Assembly: GCF_032062105.1 (NCBI RefSeq)
Contig: NW_026931135.1
Span: 248,001-312,000 of the forward strand
Direction of reading: 5' to 3'
Origin: Saccostrea cucullata
Taxonomy: Eukaryota
DNA: 64,000 nucleotides
A model generated the notes under the pieces. The model was not told the origin of the DNA. It did no database searches and saw nothing but the letters and a program-made list of their open reading frames with translations. Position numbers and translations under genes: made by a program. Below, piece after piece: positions 1 through 13,349 of the stretch (position 1 is the first letter of the stretch; each line of letters begins with the position of its first letter).

Positions 1-829
1 GATACCAAGTAACATTTAGATATCTCACTGAGTTAAATAATACGCCAAAAAATTATGTATTCTGACATATTATTTTAACTCTTTACAACTTACTGAATTG
101 CTATGAAACATACACTTAATGTTCACGTAATAGAAATAGAAATTTACCATTTCCCCGCAAGCACCTTTTCGCATGGTACACTTTTCTCTAAAGTTTAGCG
201 TAAATAACATTATGACGCTTTATTTTAATACAAAAATAACTTTTCTTCTATAATGAAAGTGTTGCAAGTCTAAAATAGAAGGTAATTGGCATAAAATAAA
301 AGATTAAACACACTTTCTAAAGCGCGTGAAAATGCGTGATTGCGGGGAAAAGGTATATGCGTGATTTTGCGTTAGAAATAGGAAATGGTATATGCGTTAA
401 AATGCGTGAATGCGGGGAAGGGGGTTAAACGATAAGCTATGTAAACTGAGATGAATTTTTAATGGATTGAAAATAGAAACGAAGAAAGGCTAGGTAGATT
501 CCCTTCAGCAAAGCTAAACTGATACTGGGAATTATTTTCTTTAAAATGAATAACAAATCAAACCTGTTTAGAGATGTTTTATATAGTTCAGGAAGTTAAA
601 TATTGAGTCATTTAAGCCCATCATGAGACTTGATTTAATTGTGTTATAGCTTTTTTGTCAGACAATACACTTGATCTAAATGAATACGAACGAATGTTAA
701 TAAACTCCGTGCCAAAAATATGTTTTGTATTACGCTGATTTTCTAAAATCAGAAAAGGGAGTAAGCTATACACCTAGTGGTACATTTAATATTTGAATTT
801 CATGGCATTTAATACCTTCCTGATACATT

Positions 830-2009
830 AAATTCCATGACATGCACTGATTGAGAGATCTTGAAGATCTACCGTGAATAAAAATAAGACAGTTTAAAGA
901 ATATTAGCATGAGTTCAGTGTGTCCATTCATGGATTTTTCTTTGCTTTGGTCATTTATTCCATGTTTTTCAAAAGGACTATAAATATAAAACAATTGCTT
1001 ATTGAATTTTGTAAACATGCAGGATACTTTTCAATAGAACAAAAATGGTGGACATAAATTGCATCAAGCTGTCTTAAATGTATATTTTCAATCGATTGAG
1101 CTGTAGACACAGTCTACCAATCATAGATGACATGAAGATTTTAAAGGCTATGGAGCGTTAAAGTTCTCATCTCCTTTGTAACAGGTTCACAATAATTAAA
1201 ATCAATGAATTCAATATATTGAAATGGAATGATAAAGAAAATGGAAAGGATTTTTGTGCAAAGTAATGATTACCCATTTAATGCGTAAATGTCTGGGTTT
1301 AAATGATGTTCTTCCAAAATCATTGATTCAAATCAAACAGGTTTCGTTAAGCGTTGAATCATATAAGCGATGCCAACAAATCCAATTCAAGTTGTTATTG
1401 ATTTTGAAGTGCAATCAAAAATTCCATGACATGCACTGATTGAGAGATCTTGAAGATCTACCGTGAATAAAAATAAGACAGTTTAAAGAATATTAGCATG
1501 AGTTCAGTGTGTCCATTCATGGATTTTTCTTTGCTTTGGTCATTTATTCCATGTTTTTCAAAAGGATTATAAATATAAAACAATTGCTTATTGAATTTTG
1601 TAAACATGCAGGATACTTTTCAATAGAACAAAAATGGTGGACATAAATTGCATCAAGCTGTCTTAAATGTATATTTTCAATCGATTGAGCTGTAGACACA
1701 GTCTACCAATCATAGATGACATGAAGATTTTAAAGGCTATGGAGCGTTAAAGTTCTCATCTCCTTTGTAACAGGTTCACAATAATTAAAATCAATGAATT
1801 CAATATATTGAAATGGAATGATAAAGAAAATGGAAAGGATTTTTGTGCAAAGTAATGATTACTCATTTAATGCGTAAATGTCTGGGTTTAAATGATGTTC
1901 TTCCAAAATCATTGATTCAAATCAAACAGGTTTCGTTAAGCGTTGAATCATATAAGCGATGCCAACAAATCCAATTCAGGTTGTTATTGATTTTGAAGTG
2001 CAATCAAAA
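830..2009. repeat. Direct tandem duplication, 2 x 589 bp
   Basis: AATTCCATGACATGCAC at 831 and 1420 (offset 589); copies run to CAATCAAAA at 1420 and 2009; about 3 substitutions seen; explains twin ORFs 1254 and 1843. Confidence 0.95.
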
Positions 2010-2411
2010 AAGTTTTGGGGAAAAAAAGTGTGGATGTCTCGGTAAGAGGGTAAACAATTTCAATCACGCAAAAATTGTAAGACGTATTGATTTGTATTCT
2101 TTTCAATATCAAATTTTGTTCTTAAATAATTTTAAAATACATCTAGATTGAAATGATTTTGCTGAATTAGAAATACTTTCTTCCTGCTGAATATCTGAAG
2201 ATAGACCGGTAATTTTTTTCGTGTACTTTACGACCACTTTTTGGTTCTAATATGCAGATAAAGAACAGTAATCAATCTGAAAAATCCATTGAAAGTAGAA
2301 TCAAACCAAACCAGGATCTCTAAAAACATATGAGGTGAGACCAACTGTCATCGAGGAGTTCGAAATGAATCTGTTTATTCATGTGCTCTCTCGATCCAAG
2401 TCTCATGATTG

Positions 2412-3814
2412 ATTGATTGATTGTATGAGAGTTGTTAGAAAAGTTCGCGGACACATTGGATTACAGAAATCTACTGTGTACTGTGAAGTATGACTTATGT
2501 CTGAATGAATTCCTATATTTTCTTAATTGGTATGTAAAAAATAAGGTCCATACAATAAAATCTTGAAATTTTACAGCGATTTTTACCATGGGGTCATGGG
2601 ATTCACATAGTTATCACTTGACGTAAGTGACGTCACAACCAGATTTCAACCCGTTAGGCTTTGTCGCAGTTCTATAAATCTTTCATTTCTTAGATTTTTC
2701 TTATCTTTTTTTTACTTTGAAATTGAATATCTATATCAATACATGTTACTTTTCTGCTATAATATCTTTTGTAATGATTCGAATATTATTGAGATCTTTA
2801 AAAAAATTTTTAAAAAGTATAAGCAGTTAACCGGTCAGGTATGGAAACTATGCAAAACCATATAGGCGCAACATCCATGCGATAAGGGGGTATTGAAGTA
2901 TCGGTGAACTTAATCATTCAACATGTCACTCCTTCCATTCTTATGAAGTTATAACCATTTGAATACTTGCTCTTTGTATGTGTAGGAAATTCCCGGCAGC
3001 ATCTTGAACATCTTAATCTCTTTTAAGACATTTTCCTGTCTGCACACATAATTTTTACGTAGTGCAGTGCTCCATGACGCTCAATTAATGACGTTCCGAT
3101 TTTTGTTTTTACGCGTTGATCATTTATAAACGGCTATAAAACAGTCATATACCCTCCAATTTAGTTCAAAATTTCTCCCAGTGACGTTTCCTGCATACTT
3201 AAGCTGCAGATAAATGTAAAATATTATAAATCTCTTTGCATTATAATGGTGCAATTTTTAATTTTAATAAAGAGTCTTTGTGATGTAAACGTGCCAAAAT
3301 GTAGCATGCTCCGTGAAGCAAGTTTTATAAAATTAAAACTGTTGTATATTTTTCAATCATTACGGGAGCGCACCAAATTCTTATATATTTATTGGAGAAA
3401 AGGTTAAGATTTTATCTGGAAAGTTTGACCAGTTTCGTGGAAATAGCAAACTCACAATAGAACTTGTCCGCTAACTTTTCTAACACCCCTCGTTTATTGT
3501 TTAACGCCCCTCTCGAGAATTTTCCACTCATATAGAGACGTCACCGTATGCTGGTGAAGGGCTTCAAATTTTGACCTTTACTAGGCACTCAGGGCCATTG
3601 AGCAGTGAGGGATCTTTATCCTGCGGCTGACACGGGACCTCGGTTTTTAATGTATCATCCGAAGGGTCCACAACTTTCACTTCAAAGTGCCGAGCGCATG
3701 GCGAAGGAACAGTTGCTACCCATTTTACCGACTAGGTCAGTTGCGGCCGAGATACGAACTCACGACCTCCCGATCACAGAGCGAGCGCTCGACCAATTGA
3801 GCTACCGTGAACGG
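2412..3814 (-). mobile_element. tRNA-derived SINE, interrupted near its tail by a mariner-type MITE
   Basis: Minus-strand head with A box (TAGCTCAATTGG) and B box (GAGTTCGTATC) at ~3745-3815; (GATT)n tail at 2407-2423; flanking direct repeat TCCAAGTCTCATGATTG (2395-2411) / TCCAAGTTTCATGATTG (3815-3831). Confidence 0.85.
2426..3492. mobile_element. Tc1/mariner-type non-autonomous element (MITE), family A copy 1
   Basis: ~28-bp TIRs TGAGAGTTGTTAGAAAAGTTCGCGGACA / TGTCCGCTAACTTTTCTAACACCCCTCG; TA on left flank; reverse-complement homolog at 34787-35840. Confidence 0.9.
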
Positions 3815-4553
3815 TCCAAGTTTCATGATTGGATTAAATTGGTTATATATTAACAATGAAGGATATGGAGAAAACGAACAATCAATCTTATATTCCATAA
3901 AAACAATACAAAACAAGAGCAATATATTATATACAAATACACAATACAGTGTCCAAAAAAGATTTGGACATGTATTCCAACATTACAAGGATTGGATCAA
4001 GGATAGGAAATATGTTATTACTCAGAATATTCCTTGAAAAGGTGTGTCAAATATTTTAATTAGGACTGGCCACAATCCCCTTGTCAGGTACCCATGATTA
4101 TCATTTTTGCAGACTGAACTGCTAACATAGTTGTATGATCGAAATATAAGAAAGAATCCTTTCTTCTAACTATCCTTCTCTACGCCTACAGAAGCTTTCG
4201 CCACATTGTATGTTATTTCTGGTCCGTCCTTCTGTCAGCTTGACTGAAAGTCTGTCCGTATAACACTTTCTTTTTTCAGAATGTTTTTCTTCCTACACTT
4301 TTAGTTCAATTTCAATATGATTCAAGGAGACAAATTTAAAATACGTATTTTTCTATATCAAATGTCTGTAAAGATACATGCAAATGAATTGGTACACTTA
4401 AAACAATCTTGGGGGAGACAAGTTATATATCTACAACACGTTTTTTTTTTTCTTAAAAAAGCCCGTTGATGATGCAGGTTATACATGTATAGGTTTAGAC
4501 TTGCAGTAATTTAGATATTTCATGCTGATAAACAACACTGAATTATGTTATAG

Positions 4554-5400
4554 AGAGAAACTACAGGAAAGAAGACAATTAAAGAATGATTTTCTGCGGT
4601 AAAAGATGTCTAAACTAGTGAAGCAGAAGTCTGTCACAGTGACAGGTGTTCGTGGTGGTCATCATATTTCCAGCGTGAAATCAGACCGGGTCTGGATCAG
4701 CGATGGCAAACATCACATTCTGAAAAACACGGCAGGTGAGGAATTTTATCGGCTGACTGATATAAATTGTGTATGGGGAATACACACTGTGACGATTGAA
4801 TGAGATTTAATTTATATAGACAGTGAATATAACATCAATAAGCTGCCTACAGATTACGGAGTAAACACAACAATAACAGTACAGCACAGCTCCAATGGAG
4901 ACCTGCTGGTCGGGATGTTTAATAATGATACATATTCGGGCAAAGTAGTCAAGTATACCCCCAAAGGAGAAAACATTCATTTCAAAGAGTGCGAGAAAAT
5001 AAAGCAAGTGCTGTATAAATGGCCTCTTTACATCACAGAAAACCGTAATGGCGACATAATTGTGTCTGACTGGCACCGTTTAGTGGTGACAGAGAGTGGG
5101 GGAAGACACCGCTTCTCCTACATAGGACTTTCTTTAGAATCAGAACTCTCACCACGTGGAATCTCTACAGACGTCATGTCACACATCTTGGTGTGTGATC
5201 AATATACTTCCACAATTCAGATATTAGACCAGGACGGTAATTTTCTATCGCTGATTCCGATGATATCACAGAACTGCATCTACAAACCTTGGGGTCTGTG
5301 TTGTAATGAAAAATCTCACTCTGTTTGGGTTGGATCAGAGAAAAACCAGAGCGTGAATATATACCGATGTTTGTTTGTACGGAACATTTCAGATTGGTAA
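4554..5400 (+). pseudogene. Decayed terminal exon of a TRIM-like (B-box/NHL beta-propeller) gene
   Basis: NHL-type motifs PLYITENRNGDIIVSD, PRGISTD..SHILVCD, PWGLC, VWVG; upstream HIS..DRVWISD segment broken by stops (TAA ~4600, TGA 4801) and a frameshift before GDLLVGM; no upstream exons seen. Confidence 0.75.
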
Positions 5401-6320
5401 GAAAACAAAATCTAGTGTGTATGCATTTTGTTCATTCAAATTTAAATCGAGGCTGGAATAACATTAATACAAAGTTTTAATTGGAATAAGAGAAATAAAT
5501 AAGACCCTGGTGACTACATTATATGTTGAAAATTTGTATTCTTCGAGATGTATATTTTTTGCATTGGTTTTTAGATTTTTTGTAACACCGGCAAAAGTAC
5601 AATTTATGAGATATAAGACTATAAACTAACATGAGGTTATTTTTCGAGAATCTATTGAGCAAGATGAGATATTTTTTTGTGAATCTCAACAACAATGTAT
5701 AAAGTGTACTTTTTTATCAATATAGTATTAATACATGTACCAATAACAAAACTGATTGTAAAGCTTTCACTATACTAATGTTATCAATCTTTTGGTGTAG
5801 ATTTATACTTTTTTATATTTTATATTAATTCTCCTTCTTAGAATAATAAAAGTTGTGGATTTGATGAGCATGTAAATCATTCAAAGAAAATTCACACGTT
5901 TCATCATATACATTGTACAGTTATTGTAACCTTGAAATTGCTAAAAATTGGAAATGAATTAGCTTCCATTTCTATTTAAATAAAAATTCTTAAAAGATTC
6001 CCATACAGGAGCATGTGTGGAAAAAGAAGAGAGGAAGTGATTACACTGATGATTCTTTCGACCTCACTCCTTTCTTACTCGGGGGAAAACAGTATTCAGA
6101 ATACCTGGACTTTAAATCATTCGAACATTAGAAGAAATACAGAGAAGAAAACAGGGCTTAAAAGAACATAAAGAGATAAATAGCAGTATTCTTGTTCTTC
6201 AATTTATCAAAATTTTTAGCTAAAGATTAACTTCAACCAATTCTTACAGGTTCAACAATTTAAAAAAAAAATGTGGTTCTGTTCTACTTAAATATGTTGA
6301 GTAATACTAAGTATCATTAG

Positions 6321-6370
6321 GAAAAAGACTAAGTTTGTTAAGGTCTGTGAACCGGATGAAAAAAAAACAA
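6321..6370 (+). CDS. Candidate upstream exon of the NAL1-like protease gene
   Basis: AG..GT bounded, open (KKTKFVKVCEPDEKKT), phase 1 end joins exon 6465 in frame. Confidence 0.35.
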
Positions 6371-6464
6371 GTAAATATATAACCGATTAGCTGTCTGGAT
6401 TAGACAAAAGCAAATGATGGCAATATAAATATGGTACTGGCTAAATTCTGAACTTTTTGTATAG

Positions 6465-6602
6465 GACCTGTGGTAAGAGAAAAGTCTGGCAGTGATAGCG
6501 CAGATGACCTTAGTGATTTCTCTGATGATCTCTGTTCAAATTTAAGATCCAGCATCCATCAACAGGCAGCCAAAAGGGTTTTAATTGAAAGGGCTAGTGG
6601 AG
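6465..6602 (+). CDS. Exon of the NAL1-like protease gene (Ser/Asp-rich linker)
   Basis: ttttgtatAG|...GGAG|GTaatc; 138 nt phase 1-1, open (PVVREKSGSDSADDLSDF..ERASG), joins 8005 in frame. Confidence 0.6.
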
Positions 6603-7640
6603 GTAATCGTATATCTAAAACAGAAAATAGTTATGCATGGTAATGTATGCTTTTTTCTCTTTTGAAATATTCCTGCATGAAAAAAGTATTCTTTTTCTCT
6701 CTTTCGAAATATTCCTGCATGAAAAAATATTCTTTTTTTCTTCACATTTGTATTGTAGATAAAAAATGAAAAATATAAGAAGTATCTCATAGACATTGAC
6801 AATTTCTTAGGTAATCTGGAGGAAAAGGTTTCTAAGAATCTGTTGGAATACTCATAGAATATTAATGTTTTAAATTAAAGATTTTAATTTAAAAAATAAA
6901 AAATAAAAAAAATTGTTTCAAAGATCTAACATATATGGACATTTGGTGTTAATTTCGAGCCCCGAAAACTGACATCAAGCAGAGAGAGAGAGAGAGAGAG
7001 CCGCAAGAAATTGACTTGACCTTTTACTAGTTGTCAATATTAAAAAAATAAGCAAAGCTATATTTATGAGCTTCAAGAGAAAACAGTTCCCTTAAAAAAT
7101 AAACCCCTTACTTTTGAATTTGAAATCGTGACCGTCTTTAAAGCCAATCTACATCTTCAGTTTTTTTCCAATTTCACGTGTAGTTATTGTCAAATGTATT
7201 TTTGACTGTCTACTCTTAAACACATTTATAATTTTTTAAAAATTCACTTGAAAATGAAGAGTTTGAATCATGATAAAATTGCTACATGATTTGCAAAGTG
7301 GCCAAAACGCCCCATTTCCTATTGAATTGAAAACCGTGAAATCACAAATTTTCAAGGGGGGTTACTTCTTCTTTTCAAGATATTAAATGACCCAGAATTC
7401 ATGTCCACCATGAAATGTAAAATTTTTACATCCATAACTACTCCACAGTTCTTCACCCGAGAAAGCAAATCCCCACAAAATTAAAAAATTTTCTTTACTT
7501 TCGTATCTGTAGTCCTTTTGTGACGTCATTTTAGTGCGAGTTTTTCCAAGTTTATTTTTTCGCCTGAGTGCATGAAAATAGTATTCAAATCCATTGCAGA
7601 GTTGGCATATAATAAAAACGGAGAAAATGTAGGTATAAGA

Positions 7641-7915
7641 TTAGAGGTACCTTGAGGAATTAAGTCACTAAATGATACCCCCGCCTCCCATATGAATATA
7701 ATGGCAGTGTCCATGTTTTGCTCTGGGAAACTCCAAAATATCTGATCAAAAAGTAAAATTCGAGGTGCACGACGGCTATATATAATAAAGAGTCTTTGAA
7801 GATAAGAGATGGGCACCCAAAAGCGTATTAGATGGAAGGACTTACAGATTGTCAAAACGACGGACATTCCAATCTCTATATACCCTCCCGCTTTTCAAGC
7901 GGAGGGGGATATAAA
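7641..7915 (-). mobile_element. Helentron-associated non-autonomous element (HINE/DINE-1-like)
   Basis: Reverse-complement homolog of 54510-54668 + 56675-56828; subterminal IR ATACCCCCGC, palindrome CCCGCTTTTCAAGCGG, degenerate GACG microsatellite. Confidence 0.7.
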
Positions 7916-8004
7916 GCACATTTATAAGAACATTTTCGTCTTTAGAAAGTATTCAGTACAATAAAGTTCCATCAATTTATTTTAAAAACATTTCTTTATT
8001 ACAG

Positions 8005-9366
8005 ACAAATGGGTTCCTATTCGATTAACATCACGTCATAGAAGATCAAATAGTTCCGACCGAATTAATACATTAAAGAGAAATAAATCAGTGAGTGAAT
8101 CTCAGGTCATGCTCATTAGTATTGAGTATATAGATTGCAGCGGTATTTGTAGATCAACTTCTCATTGTTCTTCAGAAACAATAACAGCCTGCAAACAATC
8201 AAACATTCAGAATATCTCAAAATGGATTTATTATTGCAGCGATAAGATAGAAGAGGCACGGTCAAAGAAATGTAAATGTTTATTTAGTACTTTAAGCGTT
8301 CTAATTACCATTAAGACAAAAATGATTCTTGGAAAAGTTAAAGAAAATGAAGATCAGCTTGAAATCATTAAAGAATTTGTTAATTTTGCCATTGAAAACA
8401 GAAACTGGATACTAATAACAGAGCTCGTACGTTTGTATGGATATCATTTTGATTTCGGTTTGGATACAATATTTAGTAAGAATATAAACACAGTAAGTAC
8501 CCTGGCAGTAGACACAATTTTGCAGTCAGCGAAATATATGATATTAACAAAATATCCGAGTCTCCTGCGTAATTCAATTCAGTTGTACTTCTGCTATGAC
8601 TGCGGAAAGGGATGTCAAGTGACTATTGTAATATTGTATAAGGGGACTGTTGAGTTCGATATTACCCAGGAAACAGTCATGGGAAAGAAACCTCTCTTCT
8701 ATCATGAAACGAAACCTTCTGAGGAAGCAGCCAGTGTTTTGAGGTCTTTTCCAACAACATACGATAAGAAACCTTTACCAACAATCTCAGCAAAAGCCGC
8801 CAGAAAACTTTTTTGTGAACACTCAAATCTAACGATGATATCAGCTTCACCGTACAAGTCAATTGGATATTCAAAAGGAAAGCATAAAATTTCGAAAGGA
8901 CCTTGTGTTCTATTACTATGCCTACATAAAGGATATATTCCCTATGGTGAGGAAGAGTTTCCTAGAAAAATAGGAGGTTTTGAAGTAGATATTCAGGAGG
9001 GTAGCTGCATGCTTGGGATTGGAGGATCCCTTGAAATTGGAGGACATATTCGCCGTAAAGGAAGTAAAAGTGCAGGGTTCGTCAATAACAATGGCAAAAT
9101 TGGTTTAATCACTTGTGCTCATGGAGTTTTAGCACTCCACGAACTGAAAAACAGAACCATCGACCGGCACAATAACGCAGACGAGGTGGAAGCGTTTGTA
9201 CGAAAATCTCGTTCATTTAAGGTATGCGGAAAAATTGTCACCGCCGAATTCCCGAAAAACAACGAAGCAATTGAATGTAGTGTTGACGCAGCCTTTATAG
9301 AACTTGATTCATCATTCAGTGTTGCAGGCTTCCGTAATGTACCAGCAGAACAATTAATATCTGCAG
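8005..9366 (+). CDS. Main exon: NAL1/Ssy5-like trypsin-fold serine protease (pro/N-domain plus catalytic His and Asp)
   Basis: attacAG|AC AAA in frame with ORF 8091; LF.EHSNL..I..CVLLLC..KGYIPYGEEEFP..IGGFEVDIQEG N-domain; ITCAH (His), VDAAFIEL (Asp); donor GCAG|GTattt. Confidence 0.85.
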
Positions 9367-9510
9367 GTATTTTTTTTTCAAATATACACGTTTGCATAGT
9401 ACAATATGAATAAAATGAAGTATGTGGTGATAACCAACAGTATTTAATCAGCAAATTGTATTTGTGGACAAGGTCATTTTTTGTTCAAAATCATATTTAC
9501 AAGCTCTCGA

Positions 9511-9660
9511 TGAAGGATATGGAGATAACGAACAATATTCAATATCAAAGTCCATAAAACAATACAAAATAGGAGCAAAGCGAACACGGACCGCCGACAC
9601 ATCCGAGGTGAGATCAGGTGCGATGGTGGAGTGAGTTTCCCCTGCTGAACGCTCACATCC
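9511..9660 (-). mobile_element. Penelope-like element 3' end fragment
   Basis: Reverse complement of the 3' UTR at ~48030-48180. Confidence 0.8.
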
Positions 9661-9911
9661 TCAGTTTGTCGTGAAACGACAAGGTATTAATATAAAATTA
9701 CAATCATTGTTTGGTAGAAGGATTAGATAAATGTTGTTGAAGCGATACCTAACACAGTTCTCCTACATTAGCAATTAATTCTCTTATGCAAAGGATTATA
9801 TATATCTTAGTTGATTCGATACGCAATAGCATGCTATACTTATGAATAATTTCTAAAACGAGGTAAATTTTTGACAAACAATTTGATGACAAAAAAAAAA
9901 AAAGAATATCT

Positions 9912-10250
9912 GCAGTCTCGATTAAAGTCATCATTTCGTAAGTTCTATGGTCGATACAATGACCTTGGATTGCCTGAAATTACAATTTATGATTGAGTAA
10001 AATGCTGACTAACGTTTTTGTTTATACTAATTGTTAGTCCATTATTATACAATAACTTAACGACAGATTTTTCAGTTATTTCCCGATCATGACACACATG
10101 ATGGGTATGACCGGTCAGCATTGGATGCTCACTCTTCCATGACATATGATCCCACCTCTGATGTTTCGGGCATTGTGTTCGCTCTGCTCCTATTTTGTAT
10201 TGTTTTATGGAATTTGAGATTGAATACTGTTCATTATCTCCATATCCTTC
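9912..10250 (+). mobile_element. Penelope-like element 3' fragment (RT C-terminus plus 3' UTR)
   Basis: CAGTCTCGATTAAAGTCATCATTTCGTAAGTTCTATGGTCGATACAATGACC matches 47841-47893 and continues to the common end CCATATCCTTC. Confidence 0.85.
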
Positions 10251-10834
10251 TTTTAGAACCACTTTTCTTGCAATTCTTATATTCTCATAGTTAAAGACTT
10301 TGTACTCTCGACAAACTTTGCATTTTTATAGAACAAAAATTAAATGATATAAGGTTTCTATAATTTCAGAAAAGAGAACTTTTTAACAAAAACTCTTTAA
10401 CATCAGCATATCTTAGCAGAACTTTGTTTTATTCCTAAGGGCATATGCAACGTACCCTATTTACTGATAATTTATTTTTAGATATTCTTCAGTTTAAATT
10501 TAAGTGTCATAAGATAAAAAAAATAATAACATGAATAACCAGGGTTTTTTAAGGATACCAATGTTGAAAATTTTTGGATGACTCAATGAAAGATATATAT
10601 GAAAAAGTAAACATGTATTTTAGATGTTTCTTTTATCCAAAATAGTTTTGGAAGAAGTGTACAACATAATCTATAGACATTCAAATAAAGCACACCGTTT
10701 CTTCAAGAATTGGAGCTTTTCAACTCCATGAAAAATTACCGTGCATTGGTCCTTAAAGCATTTGAAATATATCAAATGTAAGAAAATTATGTGGATGATA
10801 CATATATACACAGTACATTTTGTTTTATTTTTAG

Positions 10835-11406
10835 GATTTGATGCACACAACCCAGTGGCATTTAGAGGCACCGTGATTCTAAATGAAAGGATAGGAGATA
10901 CCTCTGGTAGTGTCCTTAAATTTGGAGCTAGAACTGGCTTAACTTTAGGATCTTTGTTCAATGAAAATATGCATGTCCGAATAAAATACAAAGAGACTCT
11001 AAAGTTATATGATAGCATAGGATATACCGATATCCCATGTGACGTTAATGTATACAACCAAATGGAAATTGAAAGCTTAACACATGACAATTTTTTTGAA
11101 GTAGGTGACTCGGGTTCTCTTGTGTTTTATATACAAGACGACACTTTATGTTGTATTGGAATGGCAATTGGACTTACAACGCGAGGAACATGTCTGGTTA
11201 CACCGATAGAAAATATTTTGAAATCTCTTGGTCTACCTGTAAACAATTCCATTTTTATTCCAGCTGAAACAAAATTACAATCAAACATAGAGACAGACAG
11301 AATATTGGAGGCTATTGATAGACAGCAGAAGTATATTGACAGACGTTTCCAGGAGCAAAAAGAAGAAATCGAGAAATATTTTGAAAAGATAAAGAAAAAT
11401 GAATGA
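10835..11406 (+). CDS. Terminal exon of the NAL1-like protease (catalytic Ser, C-terminal coiled coil)
   Basis: tttttAG|GA phase 1 matches donor 9366; VLKFGARTGLTLG and FFEVGDSGSLV motifs; TPIENIL; E/K/Q-rich helical tail; TGA 11404-11406. Confidence 0.88.
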
Positions 11407-12480
11407 TAAATACTCTACAAATGTAGGAAAAAGGTTACATTCTAGAATTGTTTGCTGAAATATTCTTGATTGTAGCAACTAGTGTAACGCATATTTTGAA
11501 TGTAGTAAATTTTACCTCAACTGAGTTTTAGGCTCAGTTTGGCTCATTCATGTCGTTTTTCAATGTGTCAATATTTTGAATATGGATAATGAGTAAGAAA
11601 CACTTTGACAAATGTGCTTTATTTTATATTACAGGAATTTGCAAGGAAGTGTTAAATTTTTCACACTCCATTTACTCATATTTTACAATCCAACACTTGC
11701 CTATCATTTTTGTGACACTGTGTGATTCTAAACATAAAGGGAAAGAAATTGATTTTCATTAAAATCGTAGATATTTTGTTTTCTCCAATGTATTTCGATA
11801 TTTCTGTCAAACACGATCTCTGTGTATTTATCTGATTTATACTTTAATTAAATCATGTACAAGACAAGATGAATAGGTATGTTCTCGAAAAGTAGTGTTG
11901 ACAATATTTATTAGCATAAATTTTGTTATGTCTCAAGTATTATTAAACTTACTTTAAAGGTAAATTCATGCTTACTGTCTGTCTGAAAGCATTTGTTGTC
12001 AGCTAATTCATTATTTTCATTTTTTAACTTTTAAATCGAATTTTTTAATCGTCTGACTGGTAATATTGAAATTGTAATTCAAATGCACAAATATTAATGA
12101 TATCATGTTATTCTATTTCAATGAAATTTATTAGTAAAGAGCACATTTCAGGCCCCTATACGCGTTTCAAAATCATGCTCATAATATTAAAAGGAATAGA
12201 TCAATTTTCTATGAATTGAAACTATGAATATGAAGTAAATTTATATTTGATTTATATTCGATCCTTGAATTTTTAATGTGTGTATTAGATCATTTTCTTT
12301 CCAATTTCTTTTTAAGCTTTTCATTTACTATAGTATAGTTGCATGTTTTTATCAGGACGTTATATGCTAGTATTTCAACAAATGTTCACTCAAAATATAG
12401 CATGTAATCCGTAAATACAATTAATTATTTATTGAAAACATTTCCACAATTTATCCCCGGGATGGGCACAATTAAGGCTT

Positions 12481-12558
12481 AGAGAGAAATTCATATTACA
12501 TGTACATTTATAATCAATTCAGTTAAATTGATTATACATGTAATATGAATTTCTCTCT
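12481..12558. repeat. Near-perfect ~78-bp palindrome
   Basis: AGAGAGAAATTCATATTACATGTA ... TACATGTAATATGAATTTCTCTCT with inner arm TATAATCAATT/AATTGATTATA. Confidence 0.85.
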
Positions 12559-13349
12559 TTCTTTTTTTCCTGTGTCGTTATCCTTGTCAACCTGTTAATC
12601 ACAAATTAAAGCGCCACTAACAGTCACAACATTGAATTCGTTTTAAAAATTGGATTGATGGCTTGAAGATGCATGTGTAAAATTGTTTTAAAATTTTATT
12701 TTAAGCTTTAGTTTCAATCTAGTCTATTCCTGATGACATTTATCATCTTAATTAATAAATACTGCTTGATCGTGATGTTCCTCTATTATTGAAGACATTC
12801 ATCAGAAAAATACTTCCTTTTTCAATGAAAGATAATGTAACGTAATGATTACTACGTTTTCTAATTAGAAGTGTTTTGTTCAATTTGTTTGGTCAAAAAA
12901 CTGGTTACAAAAATATCCTTAATCATCTTTAAATATTTCAAAAAGATGTAATTGTAAATGAAAAGTAAAGGCAAGATTGAATTATTCATTATTGTATCCT
13001 CAATATACACCAATAGATTTGTTTATAAAAAATAAATTTAAAAATAGAATAGTTCATTGAAAATTGAGTTAATAAATCTTGATATAAAATCAAAGATAGA
13101 AATTTTATTATTTTATCCATTGTTTATCCATACAAAGTCCTCTCTTAGACGGAAAAAAATATTTCTCAATACAGTTTTCAAAAGCAAGGTGGCGTTAGAT
13201 TGTTACAATGTGATCATCAAAAACAAATTAGAAATAAAAGGTGAAAACAAAGAGCAACAACCTACAAAATCGAAATCAATCAGAATCTAACAGAGAAAAC
13301 CTAGGAGAAGGAGCAAGATAGTCAGATCCATCGTTTGCTTTTAGCAATG

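Noticed and set aside
145-429. piggyBac-like right end (GGG|TTAA with GCGTGA repeats)
   Set aside because: Partner end is not in the window; cannot be confirmed
3740-3815. tRNA gene
   Set aside because: A/B boxes belong to a SINE head followed by a SINE body, tail and TSD
6010-6249. Further upstream coding exon of the NAL1-like gene
   Set aside because: Exon-like, but the frames I traced hit stops and phases do not join; unresolved
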